From positions 888,045 to 952,044 of the forward strand of contig CAWHAE010000012.1 in assembly GCA_963827235.1 (NCBI GenBank): a stretch of 64,000 bases of DNA, written 5' to 3'. Positions within the stretch are counted from its first letter, which is position 1; each line of letters starts with the position of its first letter. The position numbers and the translations under genes are program-made. The notes beneath the pieces were generated by a model. The model ran no database searches, had not been told where the DNA came from, and saw nothing but the letters and a program-made list of their open reading frames with translations. This DNA comes from an uncultured bacterium (GTDB lineage Bacteria; Chloroflexota; UBA5177; JANWHV01). Of the stretch, positions 62,913 to 64,000 are shown piece by piece.

Positions 62913-63605
62913 CTAGGTCGGCTTGCCCGTGAGGACGACGCCGATCACCGGCGCCTTCACGCGGTCGAGCAGATCTCGCGCCCGGCGCGCGTCAAGCCGA
63001 TGCGTCTTCCCGGGCTTGACGGCAATGATCACGCCATCCACCAGCCTGGCCAGATCCAGGCCGTCGACCTGCTCAAGGATAGGGGCGCCAATGATAATCA
63101 CCCTGTCCGCGCTCTTCTTGAGCTGCTGCAGCACCTCGGGCAGGCGCTTGGCTCGTCCGATGCCTCCCGGAACGGGCGCGGCAGAACCGGCGCCGATCAG
63201 GTGCAGACCCGGCACCTCGGGCACGGCGTTCAAGGCAGCCACGAAATCGGGGGACTCGTCCTGGATGAGATTCTTGAAGCCGAGCGTAGCGGAGAGAGAA
63301 AACAGCGACTCCAGGCTGGGCGTGTGCGGATCGCCGTCTATCAACACCACGCTCTCACCGTCCTTTGCCGCCAGAATAGCCAGATTGACGGCAACCGAGC
63401 ACGCCGCGGCAGACGCATCGATGGCACTGACCAGGATACTGGTCCCCTCGGCTGTCATGAGCTCGTACTTCACGTTCAGAAATGCCTGCTCGTAGGCCTT
63501 CCGGAGCGAATCCGGACACGCCGATTCCGTCACGAGCGCACCGGTACCGTGCGACTGTGCTATGGCGGTGCCTACCCGACCACTATATCCCTGCGTACCA
63601 ACCAT
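62913..63605 (-). CDS. BY-kinase (CpsD/CapB)-like P-loop protein with degenerate catalytic motifs
   Basis: 230 aa aligning by eye to CapB-type kinases. The Walker A position reads SAAACS instead of GxGKST, Walker A' LIDGD is kept, Walker B reads VIIIGAP instead of VIIDTPP, and there is no C-terminal Tyr cluster. Confidence 0.65.
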   Translation of the reverse strand: MVGTQGYSGRVGTAIAQSHGTGALVTESACPDSLRKAYEQAFLNVKYELMTAEGTSILVSAIDASAAACSVAVNLAILAAKDGESVVLIDGDPHTPSLESLFSLSATLGFKNLIQDESPDFVAALNAVPEVPGLHLIGAGSAAPVPGGIGRAKRLPEVLQQLKKSADRVIIIGAPILEQVDGLDLARLVDGVIIAVKPGKTHRLDARRARDLLDRVKAPVIGVVLTGKPT

Positions 63606-63677
63606 CAGTGTGTATTCCTGTCATTCTGCCTGCTCTCATGCCGGCAATTTCTCCATGACGTAGCGCCAGGGAAACGA

Positions 63678-64000
63678 TCACTTGCCATTCGGCAAGACGC
63701 CAAGCGTCGCGGTGTGCATCCAGATCCGCACGTCCTGCTCGTCGTGAATGCTCTCATCCAGATACTCCCACAGGAATGCGAGAGCGATGCCGAGGACCAC
63801 GCCGGCCAAGGCCTTGGTAAGCCAGCTCAAGACCGTGGAAGTCAGCGACATCGTGGTCGTGCTCGGTGGATCGAGTGTGCGCCAGGTTATCGGGAATTCC
63901 TGTAATTCCCCGCCGGGAGCAGTTTGGAGCGCGGTCTTGTTATATTCAGGCAGGAAATCGCGACTCAACACCACCACGGCGGCGTTGACGAGGTCAAGCG
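63678..64000 (-). CDS. Wzz/chain-length-determinant family protein, C-terminal part (gene runs off the window)
   Basis: C-terminal TM helix ALAGVVLGIALAFLWEYLDESI followed by DEQDV....LGVLP, typical of the PCP/Wzz C-terminus. The reading frame stays open to the window edge. Confidence 0.6.
   Translation of the reverse strand, partial: LDLVNAAVVVLSRDFLPEYNKTALQTAPGGELQEFPITWRTLDPPSTTTMSLTSTVLSWLTKALAGVVLGIALAFLWEYLDESIHDEQDVRIWMHTATLGVLPNGK

Noticed and set aside
1-64000. Search for CRISPR arrays, tandem repeats, rRNA or tRNA genes, and IS elements.
   Set aside because: No regularly spaced direct repeats, no tRNA T-loop/acceptor patterns and no transposase-like ORFs were seen. The only repeated items are paralogous genes (two ABC systems, two PspAA, two PBPs) and unrelated GC-rich hairpins.

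Overview
High-GC (about two-thirds G+C by eye) bacterial chromosomal segment with about 57 supportable protein-coding genes. I recognised no rRNA, tRNA, CRISPR array, transposase or integrase. Gene content suggests a monoderm-type Chloroflexota (Thermomicrobia-like) or Actinomycetota genome: FhaA/FhaB-RodA-PbpA, secretin-less Tad genes, PspA with PspAA/PspAB, GT-C membrane glycosyltransferases. This taxonomic guess is inference only. Left to right: a small RHH-antitoxin pair, a radical SAM protein, a PAS histidine kinase with a CheY-like regulator, proS, a TPR protein, GH38 alpha-mannosidase coupled to a URO-D-family gene, a short HipA-like kinase overlapping a DUF3037 gene, murJ, GH3 and LacI. 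Next comes an Opp/Dpp-type ABC importer without ATPases, DedA, fhaA-fhaB-rodA-pbpA plus a beta-propeller protein, and htpX-pspAB convergent with pspA-pspAA-pspAA. These are followed by an orphan short SSB, a fused siroheme decarboxylase, comF, DUF192, vapBC, a LuxR regulator with cpaB-cpaF-tadB-tadC, and three consecutive GT-C-like membrane proteins. The right end holds a complete Opp/Dpp-type ABC operon, an ECF sigma/anti-sigma pair, a TPM-like protein, rsmG, a second class B PBP, an HMGL-family (Re-citrate-synthase-like) enzyme with a divergent HTH, a GT2, and a degenerate BY-kinase-like protein with a Wzz fragment. The best candidates for poorly described biology are the HipA-like/DUF3037 module, the Psp/HtpX/PspAA/PspAB supra-locus, the stripped-down Tad locus with an unassigned 94-aa ORF in the TadZ slot, the GT-C trio and the catalytically degenerate BY-kinase homologue. 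All family assignments come from reading motifs by eye; no searches were run. Many long ORFs in the six-frame track are antisense artefacts of high GC and were rejected.
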